From NCBI GenBank assembly GCA_000320545.1, contig ADNK01001386.1:225969-289968 (forward strand): DNA of 64,000 nucleotides, in the 5' to 3' direction. This document shows positions 25,435-39,184 of the stretch, in pieces. The notes under the pieces were generated by a model, which saw only the letters and a program-made list of their open reading frames with translations, had not been told where the DNA came from and searched no databases. A program made the translations under genes and the position numbers. The stretch's first letter is position 1. Every line of letters starts with the position of its first letter. Origin of the DNA: Bigelowiella natans CCMP2755. Lineage: Eukaryota > Protista > Cercozoa.

Positions 25435-28393
25435 ATGGCGACCCTGTCCTTTCTCCTCTTAGCGTGTTGGCTCGTCAACGGGTAGTTAGTGCCCCCCCTT
25501 CCGAACCTATGGCCTTTCTTGTGATCAATATTCATTACTGAAATAAAGTTGATATCTTTGTCACGCGGCTTCCTCTTTAGAACCGCAAATTTTCCAACAT
25601 GCGGAGTCACGTGGCAGCTAGGAAGAATAGCGAACGATATACTCTAGTATCTCTTAAGAATATATTTTACTTTTGGGCGTAGGCCGAAGGCCATGGGCTT
25701 TCCTTGTAGACACAATGAGGCATCTATGGGTAGAGGTCGTGTGGCCGCATTTCCTCCGCGATCTCTTTCTTCTTGGACCCCTACCACAACGCGTGCGTTT
25801 CGAACACCGCGAAGCCCAATCCCCACCCACATCTATAGAACACAGAGGCCTGTACGTTTGCATCGAGGGATGTTTATTCTACGAAGTTCTGAGGATGAGT
25901 CCTCTGGAAAAGCTCCGTCATCCCTTGTAGACCAACTCGCGCAGCTGAAGGCTCTGATGGTATCCTAGTTACTGCAGCATGCAAGTACAGCAACTTCAAG
26001 TAGAATGTTTCACGACAGGATGCGGGAGCTCTCACACAGGAAGAATTTGAAAAGGCTAAAGCGCGTGTGCTCGGTTCTCTTGTTTTTTTAAAAATGATCC
26101 ACTCTTCTTTCTTTACCGGTGGTTGTGTAGAGTGATAAATAATAGAAGCCATTGTTGATATCCCAGGTGGAAACGGCGAGGGCGGGGGCAGCGGTAGCGA
26201 ACCCAAAAGAGAATCTTCTGACTCATCCCCTCCCTCTCAAACATTGGAGGAAGGAGTCGCAGCGCTAGCTGATCCTGATGCTGCGAAGGTACTGCTGCGA
26301 CAGCATTAACTTGTTGATCCTCCTCCTCCTCTTCTCCTCTCCTCCTTCTAAGACAACCCAATGATTCAAAAACTCGCTCCGTCTACAATACCTAGAATCT
26401 CGGTCGTCTTGCTGGTAAAGTATTCAAAGAGCGCGTACGAGAATGGTCGCAATTCGCGGAAGAGGCCAGCACCGTCGCTCCAGCTGCACTGAGAGTAAGA
26501 TATCTCGATTGCATGCTGGTTATGCTTGGAACGGCAACGACGTAGAAGATGATAATGATGATAGATATAGTGAAAAGAGCGATAATAATGATTGAAGCTG
26601 TGTTTTAGTAGTACATATATCCTATCTCCTATCAGGCTGCACAGAAGGTCGCCGCACCGCGCATAGCAAATGCTGCTGAGGAGGTTGCAGCTAGTACAAG
26701 CGACTCGCTGGAGAACCTGGGGCGATATTCTTCCGCTATAGCAAAGGTGGAATACTTTGTTGTTGTTGCTGCTGGTGGTGGTGGTAGAACAGGATACGAC
26801 TGCGACTTGTTCATTTATAAATTCACACTGAAAATTAATATTATTCATGCTCTCCTCGATTACTTTCTGGGCTACTACTACTACTACTACTCCTACTCCT
26901 ACTCCCAGATTGTTGAGCGGAAAACAGACTCGGCCTTGAATCAGGCAGAGAGCTATCGAAACGCCGCAGGTATTTCAGACAAAGAGGAAGAGCAGCTCTG
27001 ACTAATGTTTTGTTGTGCCAATGACTATCATTTCCGCTTCATCATCTTTACTCACAATTCTCTAAGTTACTTTTACATGATGTGTGTGTTTGTGTGTGTG
27101 TGTGTTTTATCTTAAAAATTCGCAGCTTCCGTTGTTAAAAATCGAGCTAACCGAGTAGTGCTGAACGCAATCGGTTACACGCAAATCATGAAAACGACGA
27201 CGATGACGAGAACACATATTTTGCGATGCAGTCTTAAGCTATCACGACATTAAAAATTGATAGATCTTTTATAGTATGTGATTATGTGATTCATCGCTGT
27301 TGGCAACTATGTTCCATCATCCCCAGCATCATCACCATCCTTTTTTACCTTCAACAACAACAACAAAATTGATAATAATAACAACAGCGACAACTACTAC
27401 TACTACTGCTACTACTACTACAAAACCATCATGCAAGCAATTTGGAACTACTAAATCTTATCAGGTGTAGACTCTTCCGAGGGGGCACTAGCATGGGCTG
27501 CAGAGCTCGAAAAGAAGGCCGAGAACGTAAGAGAATTCTATTATTCTTTAACCCTAAGTGATAATAATAATAATGATAATAATAATAGTAACAATATTGT
27601 ATACATGACTTTCCTTTCCTTTCCTTCTCTTTCTTCTTCTCCCTATCTATTCGTACCCTACTCTACTCTATATTACTACCCCTCTTTCTTTCCCTTTTTC
27701 CCGCAAGTATGATTGATCTATTCCCCCCCCTTCCTCTCAGCTCGAGAACTTCGCCTCAACCCCCGATCGGGCTCTGTCATCCATTTTCAACAAGGGCGGG
27801 GATAAGCCTACCTCGGAAGAAGATGCTGCAAAGATTATGGCTGCTGAAGCTGTGCAGGTGATCTCATCATCAAGTGAACATCTTTTCATTGAGGAAGCAT
27901 CACACATCAACCTCGGGTATTGCACCTTTTCTTCTTCTTCCTCTTCTCAAAAACCATTTATCACAGGTAGATGCGATTGCAGAGACGGCAGCAGCAGCAG
28001 AGGCAGCATCAGCTGCTGCAGAAGCGATTAAAGCTGGTGAAATGCCTGACGTATGGGCTCCAGCTATTGACGAAGCATCTGGAAGGTCTGAACCCCCTCC
28101 TTCTGCTAACATCTCTCATGCTACTGTGTCGCGATATCTTACACAGAGAAGCAGCACCTCTAGTTGTAGATTAGAAGATTTTTTCTCATTTTCTGTCAAT
28201 TAGAGGCAAAAATTGTAGAATTTAATCTTGAGCAAGCTAGGACTCTTCTTTTCTGATGAGTCTTCATATATGTGCTGCTATGCTATATATTCATAGGACA
28301 TACTACTGGAACTATCTCACGAGAGAGACAACGTGGGAAAAGCCTGATAGAGGTGCTGTAGTCCTGCAGGAGGTGATTGAACAGCCAAAATAG
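25435..28393 (+). CDS. Putative plastid/periplastid-targeted protein with N-terminal SHOCT and C-terminal WW domain
   Basis: Exon 1 MATLSFLLLACWLVNG splices (25482-25682, phase 2) to an R/S/T/P-rich transit-like segment. Then LVDQLAQLKALM|DAGALTQEEFEKAKAR (SHOCT-like), Ala/Glu-rich helical exons, and VWAPAIDEASGR|TYYWNYLTRETTWEKP (WW), ending IEQPK* at 28393. Confidence 0.75.
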
Positions 28394-29261
28394 ATAGATA
28401 GAGACGATAGTATTAGATAGAAGAGTATTCCGCAAATTTTCGTGCGTGCAGGCCTCCTCCTCCAGAGTTGCAGTCATCATACGCAATGGACCAAATGTTA
28501 TAGAAAATGGTGATGCTGCATTAGGGTTATCATGATAAAATTAAAAAATCATCAGCATTTACGTACTTACGCGTGATACTGCGCACCATGTACCAGCGCA
28601 GGTGCCATGGATTCACCGCGTAGTGCACATTGCATAGGACAGCAATCATGACATTGCAGTAGTTGCTGCTAGCTGCTATTATCTATTACTAGTGTGGTCG
28701 CTTGTCTTGTTTGCTGGCTGTGGCAGCTACATTCGCTTACCCTCGACCATGTGTATGTGTAGAGGCTAAACATGCGTGCAGCTCACGCTGTGCAAATTAG
28801 CACACACATATTCTAGCATTTTTAAAATTTTGTCGGGAGCACTTACGCACATGCATGCGCATGAGTGGACAAGGCCACAAAATCAATAATTGACGTCACA
28901 TTGATCAACGCGCAAACAATGTGATCTTCAATGTGAGACGGGTGTAATGAATGAACTAAATTTGTTCAATTGTCACCCTGCTAGCCTGACATGCAGCTCT
29001 AATGAGCTAACAGAGCTGCGCAAAGCAGCGACTACAACGCTCATGTTGAATCTATTCATCTAGCTCTGTCATACTTGTTCATCATGTGCTCAATGTATTT
29101 AAAAGCATCAGCATTCTTTTGTCGATGTCGCGCAGCCACATCTGTGCTGTTTCTTTTTTGCAAAAGTCCATCATGTCAATGTGCTCACATGTGGCATAGC
29201 GCAAGAAGGACGCAGCAACTGTGCTAGTCTGTGCTAAAACTGAATCGAACGTCGCCTGATG

Positions 29262-29415
29262 TCTGTAGCCCTACAAAGCTGTGTAGCGTACGCACGTACG
29301 AACACATGTAGCTTTGCACACATGTTCTTTGCTACATGCTAGCATGTGGCATGTGAGAACATGTGTGCTTTTGAGCGGTACGCTCTGTAGCCCTACAAAG
29401 CTACACAGATGTTCG
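29262..29415. repeat. Nested inverted/direct repeat cluster in a convergent intergenic spacer
   Basis: 19-bp direct repeat TCTGTAGCCCTACAAAGCT at 29262-29280 and 29384-29402. 13-bp inverted repeat GCACACATGTTCT (29316-29328) / AGAACATGTGTGC (29356-29368) enclosing the palindrome ACATGCTAGCATGT centred at 29340/29341. 9-bp inverted repeat CTGTGTAGC (29279-29287) / GCTACACAG (29400-29408). Confidence 0.85.
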
Positions 29416-30207
29416 ATGCATGTGTGCACGTAATTGAGTCCCAGCTGTGACACAGCGTGTGAGTCAACAGCGATTGGGCACTTCAGCGGTGGTGACACAC
29501 AACTGTAATGGCAGCGCCTTTTCTTGTGTTCGTTCGATGTTCTTTGAGGCAGCACATGACGTGAAGCGGAACATGAGCACATGGGCAATGTGACAGTGTT
29601 CTTGCACGCACAATGCTATGCGTGGTTCCGGTACGTTTTTTGCACAATGCTGTGTTGTGTCTCTAATGCAATACCAACAAACACAATTTGAGCGCTGTGG
29701 CCGCTGCTTTGCACAGCTACATTGGGATGACCATTGAAAAATTTGATTTGTTCATCACATCCGTCTCATGATGCAGTGCCAACATCGTAAAACGCTAAGT
29801 GCGATTCATGGACTGTCAACGGTTCTGTAGTTCTTGCAGATTCCTCAGTATTCATTTTGAGCATGCAAGATGTCAATTTGCAACACATTTACGCACCATT
29901 TGATTTTTCGTTTTTTATTGCAATGAAGTTTGGACTGACACCCTAAAAGCTGACAAAGAGTTTCATGAATCTTTTTCGATCATGCTTTTTGAAATCTGTC
30001 CTTAGCTTCAACAGATCCGATATAAGACTGAACAAAGAACATGTAACACACGATTGATTACGTTTGATCACACGAGACAACATTGGTTGTTTTGGTACAT
30101 TTTGATATTTCGTCTAAATAGATATCAAATATCAGAAATCTCATTGATGCTCACTGGAATTTTTTTTTTATGCGTTTATTTTAAAGAACACATTCTTTTC
30201 TTGATTG

Positions 30208-32808
30208 TCACATTTTTGAGAAAACTGACTCAATGTTATGACTAGCTGCGTCGCCGATACAGATAACATCTGGAACGTCATAGCTCTTGGCCTTGTTAAT
30301 CTTCTCAAGAGACTTCTTGCCATGCGTTTTGTCTGTTCATAATAGTAATCTCATCTTCCTTATTATCTTTCACAAGTTTGTTAGATCATTTTGGGGAAAG
30401 GTTTTAATCGAACATCTGCAAGCGCAGTGAGAAACAGTATTACCAACGCACGGGAAGACAAAATGCTTAATGAAAATTATCGTCATTTTCTAAGTTAAAT
30501 GTTGACCGTGATTATCCCCCCCCCCCCCTGATTCTGTCTTCTCTTCTGCGGCCGCTCTTCCTGATTCTTTCTTCTTCGTCTCCGAATCATCCTTGTCGTC
30601 TTGGTCATTATTGCTACTGGCTAAGGAGGAAGGTGCGTTCTTCTTGCTCCTGAACGAGTGGTTAATTGATCTTATCACTTTTTTCATAACTTTTTTCCGC
30701 ATCTTCTTCAGGCCCTTTTTCGTTCCTCCAAATCCTAAATATTGGACGAATTTAAAAGTAATATAAAAGACGAGGATGGAGACAGAGAGGGGAAGAGTGC
30801 AGTTCCTTCCATTTCATCGCTAATATACTTCGGGTTCTTCGCGATCTAGAAGATTCCAGTGCCCTAGTGAAGTCGTCGGCGTCACCCAAGATACCTGTGT
30901 CAAATGATATTGTTGCTGAATGCAAAGCATCTTTTCCTCTCTGAGGCCAATATCTTCTCTCTATGATCATGCTTGGGGCAAAGTAATCTACATTTTGAAA
31001 AATATTGCGAAGAATATGTGTTAACTTACGTAAAGTTCCCTGAATTGCGGCCTTATGACTCCTTAAGACTTCGACACTCTCAGCCTTAATGTAAAACAAT
31101 AAAGCTGCTTTTGTGAAATTACTTGATAATTTAAAGAATTATGAAACCTCTAACACGATGACGACAAGTCTCATTGGTAGTAGATCCATCTAAAAGACAA
31201 AAAATCAATTAGATTCAACGGATTGCTTGATAATGTGCAGCAGGAAGGAGACGTTATAATTTGTGCGTGATACGAAGAAGAAAAAGGAAAAGAAGAAGAA
31301 GAAGAACAACGGTGTGCTTCTAATAATACCGAAGCCATAGTTTTCGGGAGGTATAGGCCCGGGAACGACTATGAGGGAAAGCAGCACACATATTGCAACA
31401 AGAGACACTGTCAGTCGGAAAGAGAGAGGAGAGGGGGAAAAAGACAGGAACAAACTCACTCATGTAGAAACACTTACCTCAGAGATTTCTCGAATAAATT
31501 TATTCAGCTGCTCCACTACGTACTTGACGTTTACTACAACCTAAATTTCGATTAGATAAATTGATATGAACACCATAACAGATGGGGACACTCAGTATGA
31601 TCTTCAATAAGAATATTCAGATGAATTTAACGCAGTTGGCGGACCTTTTTAGGCTTGTCAATCTTTGCCTTGGAGTGCGTTTGGATGAACATATCGAGGT
31701 ATTCACAAGCCTGACGGCATTGATGAACCAGCAAGACAATACAAAAACAGGAAGAGGATGGATGCAGCATCGACCAAAGAAGCGAGTAAATTCATGATGA
31801 AGAAGACCAAAGATCATGTAAAAGGTATTGCGGCTGCTCATCATCTTACTCACCAAAACGCGTAGAGTCTCGCGGATTAGCCGCGCAAAGCCCTAAGGAC
31901 GCCAGCCACATACAAGGAGGATTAGTAAACGCGTGTTTGCTTGCGGATCAGTTCTAGTTTGGACAATTACCACATGGCGCATCTTCTTTCCCCAATCGGA
32001 GAAGAAGTCCGTGAGCGTTGCAGTTATCGTCAACACCAAACCGTCCCTTTCGACAAGGAGGAGAAACCAATACCAAGAAGAAAGAAAGATTTTCGCAAGA
32101 GGTAGAAGAAAGAGAGAATCAAGAATGAGACTTTTGATAAATGGGTAGAAGCATGTATGTACTGAAAGATTTACATAAAATGATATTCTCTATTCTACCT
32201 GTCCTGAGACGTATCTTCATTCGTTATCTCACTCACACCCCCCTTTTTTTCTGTCGTCGTCGTCTTTAGCAGTAACTCGAGGGAGGGGAGCAGCGACGAT
32301 AAAATCACGCTGGTAAGGACCTGTTTAATTTGAGATGAAAGAGGACGAATTAGTCTACCCCCAAGGAAGGAAAACATACTTTAATCTTCTCCAACTATAT
32401 CTCCTACCGCAAGAGCTTGTGAAGCACCAGTGGAAAAGTTTCGAATGGACACCTCCGCCCGTCTCAACAAGTTCCGCTCTTCCGTTGTTACCCCTTTAAA
32501 GAACGAAGAATATTCGGTCAATTTCATCATTGCAAGAACTGTGTTCAGTCGCATTGCCTCCTCTATTCCCTCACCTCTTAGTAAGGGCATTAGGCGATGC
32601 CGAAGTAGCTGATCCGCAAAGGTTTCATGACGTCGCGCGTCGTTGATGACGGACACGAACAAATAGTCGGAAATTGAACCAAAACCCTCCACCTATCATC
32701 AAAATGTATGCAATTATATTGATATTATCTGCTGTTCATGTGTTGTTATATGTGTGTGTGTGAAATATAGTTTGACATTTTACATCGAGCGCACAATCAC
32801 ACGGTACT

Positions 32809-32852
<44 letters not shown>

Positions 32853-33039
32853 AAGCTCTCTTCCTTCCTCCTGCTGTTGGAGATGTTATTAGTGGAGAGA
32901 CTTCTGCATTGGATTTATAATAGATAACAATAATTCTACCAGGATGTTCTGTTGCTCATCCACGTGTGTCTTTGACAACCAATTATATTGACTCCATTGG
33001 AATAACTTTCAAACATAACCCGTAAATACGCGTTTGTCC

Positions 33040-33079
<40 letters not shown>

Positions 33080-33368
33080 ACATCATTGCATCTTTGCTTA
33101 ATTTTCGGCAAATAAAGAATTTTTAAACAAAGACGACAAACTCCAACCCAGCTGTTACTTGTTATGAAAGTAGTAGTTCAAAATATGTCCTCTACAAAAG
33201 CACATCAATCATGCAATTTTCGGTGGGTCTGCGCTAGTAATGTTTCTTACTAAAACAGATATCTGCTTTTTCTTCTCAGTTAGTAGTATGAAACATACCT
33301 CGATTGCATCGACAACAGCCTCCAGGAGTGGTAAAGATGACTTCCCTGCAGATATAATTGGATGATGG

Positions 33369-33408
<40 letters not shown>

Positions 33409-34932
33409 CTGTGTATATTTCCCACCTTCTAAGGAAGGCCGCGACAAAGGCTAGTCGTTGATCCATCAATGTGAGTTAAAACACAACATAGTAGGAAAAC
33501 ACTATTAAGATGAGAATCTTACAAAAGGAATAAAGAATAGGTATATATAAGATGGATATAGTGTAATTGTTCGCGAAGAAAGATGCAACATATTCAATAA
33601 TTCTCCAAACCTTGTCGCACATAGTGTTCAGGGCCCAAAATAAATCCTTTGAATATTAAGCAAGCAAGTAAGCAAGTAAGCAACTAGATTTGATGTTATA
33701 TAACTCAGACACCCGTTCCTGATTGTAGCCGAGGCAATACCTGGGGAATATGGCTGAAAATCTCTTTTGTTCTCGACTCTGTATCACTGCTATTGTTTAT
33801 GTTGCTGTTGCTCATTTTCTTGAAGTCCTTCCTGTGGGTGAGAGAATCATATCAGGGAAAATTAAGCCTCAACCTCTTTTCCCTCCATCTTATTTCTTTT
33901 AACACATAATTACGTAGCCTCCTCCCTCCCTCCCCCCCTTCTCCTTCACTATCTATCAACAATGATTTAAGCATTGGTAATGCCTCTTGATCAGCTCTAT
34001 TTTGGGGCCCAGTTCGGTGACTGCGTTGGTGAGGATTTATGCAAGCAGAAGAGGGATAGGAGAAAGAAGATAAGACAAGAAAGGGAGGAGAAGAGACAGA
34101 GACAGAGAAAGAGAAAGAGGGAGAGGGAAAGAGGGGGAGAGGCAGGGAGAGAGAAACATGTTTCAAACTTGACATAGTTTCGCTTGATGTATATCGGAAT
34201 AAACCGTAGGACATCTGTAAATACGCATATCTGGATTATGTACTGCTACTACTTTTTTCAACGAGCTCCAACAAACGTTTTTTGAACTGAGTGGACCAAC
34301 TGTCCAGCAATGAGTTTCGAATGCCTTGGAAGGTTATGACAATACTCCGTTACTAGGAGAATAACGCTAGCACTCGAGATCATGACTTCATACAAATATA
34401 TACTATTGACAAATGTAAACGCTCAGCAGCTTAATTTTCATGCAAAGAAGACCGTCAAAAAGCAAAACAATGGCAGGGTAAAAAGGCACACGTGCTTAAC
34501 CTTCCCATGACGCAACAAGAGAAAGTGTACTTTTCCTACATACAATTCATCAGCAATTTTTCAGTTGCGTTGATCGTATGTTCGAAAACGGAGAGAAATG
34601 TAGCGATGGAGAGTCAGAGATAGGATGTTTGGCAAGAAATCATTCAACAAACCTGGCATCAACATGATACCGTCCATGTGCTTTGTACAAGGCCTGTAGC
34701 TCGTTTGTGTACCTTATCATCATTGTCATCATCATTATCATTATCATCATAACAAATCAATGGCTGAGACCTTTTGCGTCGATAAACTACGTATTATTTA
34801 ATATGTATTACATGTGATACATGTGAGGAGTGAGAAATGACGAAGAAGGAAGAGAAGAAAATCAACGACTAACAACACCTGGTGCTCGCTACTGTACTTT
34901 TCCACACACAAACACACACACACAGAGAGAGA

Positions 34933-34978
<46 letters not shown>

Positions 34979-35012
34979 GGGTACACATTTACAGCTATGT
35001 TTGCCTAAATGT

Positions 35013-35045
<33 letters not shown>

Positions 35046-36517
35046 CAACATACCATCCAACCCATTTAAGCGCCTTAAGTAGGACAGCCATTGGTTGCTG
35101 ATGCAGTCCAATTACGGCATTGTTGCGACTCCCTAACCGTATTCTTCACATTCAGCTTATACACTAGAATATTACAAACTTCTTGTTACCCTCTCCTTCC
35201 TGTGAGCTTGGCAATTTTAAGCCAGAAGGGGGGGCGGAGGAGGAGGAACCTCCTGTGCTGTTTAGCGTACTTTCGCGAAGAATGTAGTGCACGAAGGCAT
35301 TGTACCTGACATAATAGAAGCACTATTTATATACCACGTGGTGACATATATTACACACACACACACACACACATAGAGGACATATTTATGGTTTCCTATC
35401 GAATAATCTCCAACCAACCACATGTGAGTGAATGAAAGCATGCGTGAGCCGCCAGATGTGTGCCTTGTTGTCGGAGCAGGTTATTGTCCAACTCTCTACC
35501 TTTCCGCGAAGAAGGAGAACACCTTATAGTCGGGAGGGAAACACGGCACCACTAGTTCGCATACGTGAAGGAGCGCATCTACGAGTTTTTGCAACACCTG
35601 CAGAGTACAACGGTTATATTCGCGTCATGTGTGCACACGCATGTATATGTTCAGGAAGTTGGTGCTAACCGCAAGAATGATTTCCAGACGTGCCCTTCCC
35701 TTAATCTTTGTCTTCTTCTTCGATTCCTCCTCCTCGCCGAGAAATGAGTCAAGATCCAATGTCCCTTGAAAAAAAAAGAAGAAGAAACAACAGTTTTGTT
35801 ATTGTTGTTATTATCTACTCTTCTATATGAACAATCAACTAATGTGGGCTGCTGCTGCTGCTGCTGCTGCTACTACTACTGCATACCACGTGAGGGAATA
35901 GCTCTTGATACTTTCTCCATGAGTTGATCCGCAACCTGGGCGCTCACTCGAACCTTCAGCACGAGAAGACATAAAGGAGCAACATAAAAGATGGTGTCAT
36001 AAAGAAGGCAGTTTTATTAGTGATTTCCTCAGAGATAAGTAGAGCTAAATCACTAGAAATAATGATAACCTACTAGTAGCTGCTAGCGCATGATTCCTAC
36101 TCTAAACAACCTTTGAAGAATCAATGTTGGTGTTGGGTCGCATAATCGCTCCTCCCTTGCCATGGTTGCGCAATCGGCTTGGCGAAGTTCCTGCAGCAGC
36201 ACCGACTAGCTTTTTCTCAGTGCCATCACTTACAGTCATCTCCAGATTCACCTAAGAGACGAAGATAGGTAACAATGGAGAGAGAGAGAGAGGAGATGGA
36301 TGAAAAGAAATTCTAAGTGATGCTGATGGTACGGCTTTGGTGATTTATGAACAGTAGATACTGTGTTGCTTTAGTTTGCAAATCTTTCTCTATGTGTGTG
36401 TAGTTTACCCAGGCTTTATGAACACTCTAACGCAACCATAGCACAAATTACTTATGTTTGTATTTCAATGTACATATCAAATGATTTATTCATGTTTACA
36501 TGTGAGTGTGCGCGCAT

Positions 36518-36559
<42 letters not shown>

Positions 36560-37362
36560 AAATATCTCCATGTAAACTGACCATAAGCTCCGCCTGGATA
36601 ACTTCAAAAGCCTGAAATAATAAATGTTACCATCATGCACGCAAAGTATTCTGCTGCTCAGGCTGCATAGTATTTCATTGGGTGGCGACGTGCATGCTAC
36701 TATGCACCTATTGGATTGTATTATACCTCGGAAAACTGATAGAAAACCAAGAGTTCAAGCCTTTCGTACACCTGGCAATCATGACGATGAATAGGAGGAG
36801 GGAAAGATGCTGCTGTTGAGGATGAAGAGGAGAAGCACAAAATTACTCGCAGTTCATAGAATCCAATGCACGAGTCTTATGACGAATTATTCTCATCAAA
36901 CTATGCGTCTCTTTCTCTAATTGTCACACACACACACACACACAGTCACAGAGAGAAATTGAGAACCTGAGCTCTTAGGGTGTCAGGTTTCGGGGATGAG
37001 GTAGCTTCCTCCTCCAGCTGCTGATAATCCTTTTGCTCCTTCTCTTCCCTTGAAGCATTCGTATCGTTTTTAAACTTCAGATTGAAGTTAACCACGGAGA
37101 ATCCTGTTTATGCACAATTGTGTTTTTGATGATACATGTAGCAGCAGCAGCAGCAGCATCATGAACCTCTTGTGGTAAATGTGGAGACAAGAATCTTTAA
37201 GAAACGCTTGGTAATAAAAGGTGCATGTGATAGAATACCTGATGCTTCTGCTCCTACTACCCTCTTTGTTTGGCCAATGGTCCCAACTTCTGTCTTCTTC
37301 TCCTGGTGGACAGTTGTGAGAGAAGGAAGGAATGCGAGTTTGTATTATCGTGCAACATTCAC

Positions 37363-37408
<46 letters not shown>

Positions 37409-37672
37409 CAACACACACACACTCAACAAATTAATTGAAACGACTACTATATTTTGACATCGCTCTCTCGCTGTAATTCATACCCTTCTTTCACCGTCAC
37501 TTAGACTAAGAAAGCGTGCACTATGTGCGAGACGGTCCTCACGATCGACACAACCCAATGTTCCTTTGCCACGAAGAAGAAATACAGAGAACACCACGAA
37601 GAATCATCATCTTGAAGCACAATATACAACGATGTTACAAAGACACTTCGTTCGGCTATTTGCAAGTTGAGT

Positions 37673-37704
<32 letters not shown>

Positions 37705-39148
37705 CAATGAGCTCGGGGGGATCCGCCTCCGCAATCTATTATAAATCAAAGGAGTTCAGTCATGACAGTTAATGTTCTACTTTTGCAACAACCAGTCAGT
37801 GAATGGCGTTTGGACTACTATTCAATGATGTGAAGAATAATAATGACTTTCTCACCTGCACGCAAATGAGAACGTTGTTTAAGATCAACCGATGGATCAC
37901 TCTGGAAGGTTCCGAAGACACGGTAGTAAGGGGGGATGTGGGAAGAAAGAGGTAATGAATAAAGAGAAATGCATGGTAAGAGCTGTTCAGTCATTTCATC
38001 GCGTCCTCGCTATTCAGGCCACTTTGTACTTGTACAATTGGTTTTGAGGGAGAAGAAACGAAATCTCATTAGACTCCACCTTGACATTGCTTTGATTTGA
38101 AATTGGATGATGTGCTCGGCGAACTTTAGTACGCTGGCACTCATTCCTCTTTTCACACCCGTGTGCTTTGGTGAAAGCATATGTTATTGTTTAGAATACG
38201 ATTGAGATTCAGCGGCTGTGTATCCATTGCCGAGACAATGTGGGAATAAAAACAACCACCTTATTGCTCTTGATCGATATGAGGTTGAACATGCGCAGAA
38301 ACTCTTTCACCTACTCACATAGCAATTTGGAATTATCATTATTATCATTTTGATTATCTTAAACCTTAACATTCATATCCTATCATGTTATCATCGCATT
38401 CTGCAAGCATTCAAGACCCTTTCCACAAATAGCGTCGCCCTTTCAAGGTTGTTGTATCCTAATTAGCCGTATCAAAGTAGTAGTAGTGGTAGTAGTAGTA
38501 GCAGTATTAGTACAGGGGTATTTCATACCATAGCACATTGATTGTGTAATACTAAGTTCAGTCTTTTAAATACACCCCAACTCTCATAACATTTCTTTCT
38601 AAAAAATATGTAACCTATCTCCACGCGAATGCTCCCTTCAAAATCATGAAACCTACAAGGGAGAAGAGGCAAATAGGAGTTATTGAACCAAAAACCATCA
38701 CCATGTAGCTGATGATGAAGTAGTGTGCTACTCAAGAAGCAACTAGAAGTTGTTATATTTCCTCCCTGTTGGTTTCAACATCTTATGAAAAGAGAAAGAG
38801 CGTAAAAGAGATTAGTCTGTCCTTTGTGGGGAAGTTTCTTACTTGGAAGGAAGCCCTTCTTTGCAACGGCTTCTTGCAAGATTTATTAACTGCAAATCGC
38901 ACGGAATTCATCGGTAAATATACCATTAGAACGAAAAACCACAACACTTATTTACGTGCAAAAACACCTTTTCGGCAGGATTTTCCTGCTCCTGCTGCAA
39001 ATCTTCAAGTGTGACGGCTTCTATCATTAGATCGAGGTATTCCTCTCCCAGCAACATCTGGTCAAATATAAGCAAAAGCACGGCAAGGTGGAGGAGAAAC
39101 AAGTTGGAATAACGAAAGTTTACCGCGACAGAGTGAATACATACATAT

Positions 39149-39184
<36 letters not shown>

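Noticed and set aside
25125-25700. Apparent minus-strand spliced mini-gene upstream of NOP14 (ORFs 25401-25610 and 25125-25364)
   Set aside because: No recognisable product, and it overlaps the better-supported plus-strand signal-peptide exon at 25435-25481.
29271-29588. Cys/His-rich 105-aa ORF that looks like a zinc-finger protein
   Set aside because: Cys/His excess follows from TG/CA-rich palindromic DNA; there is no regular CxxC spacing or splice support.
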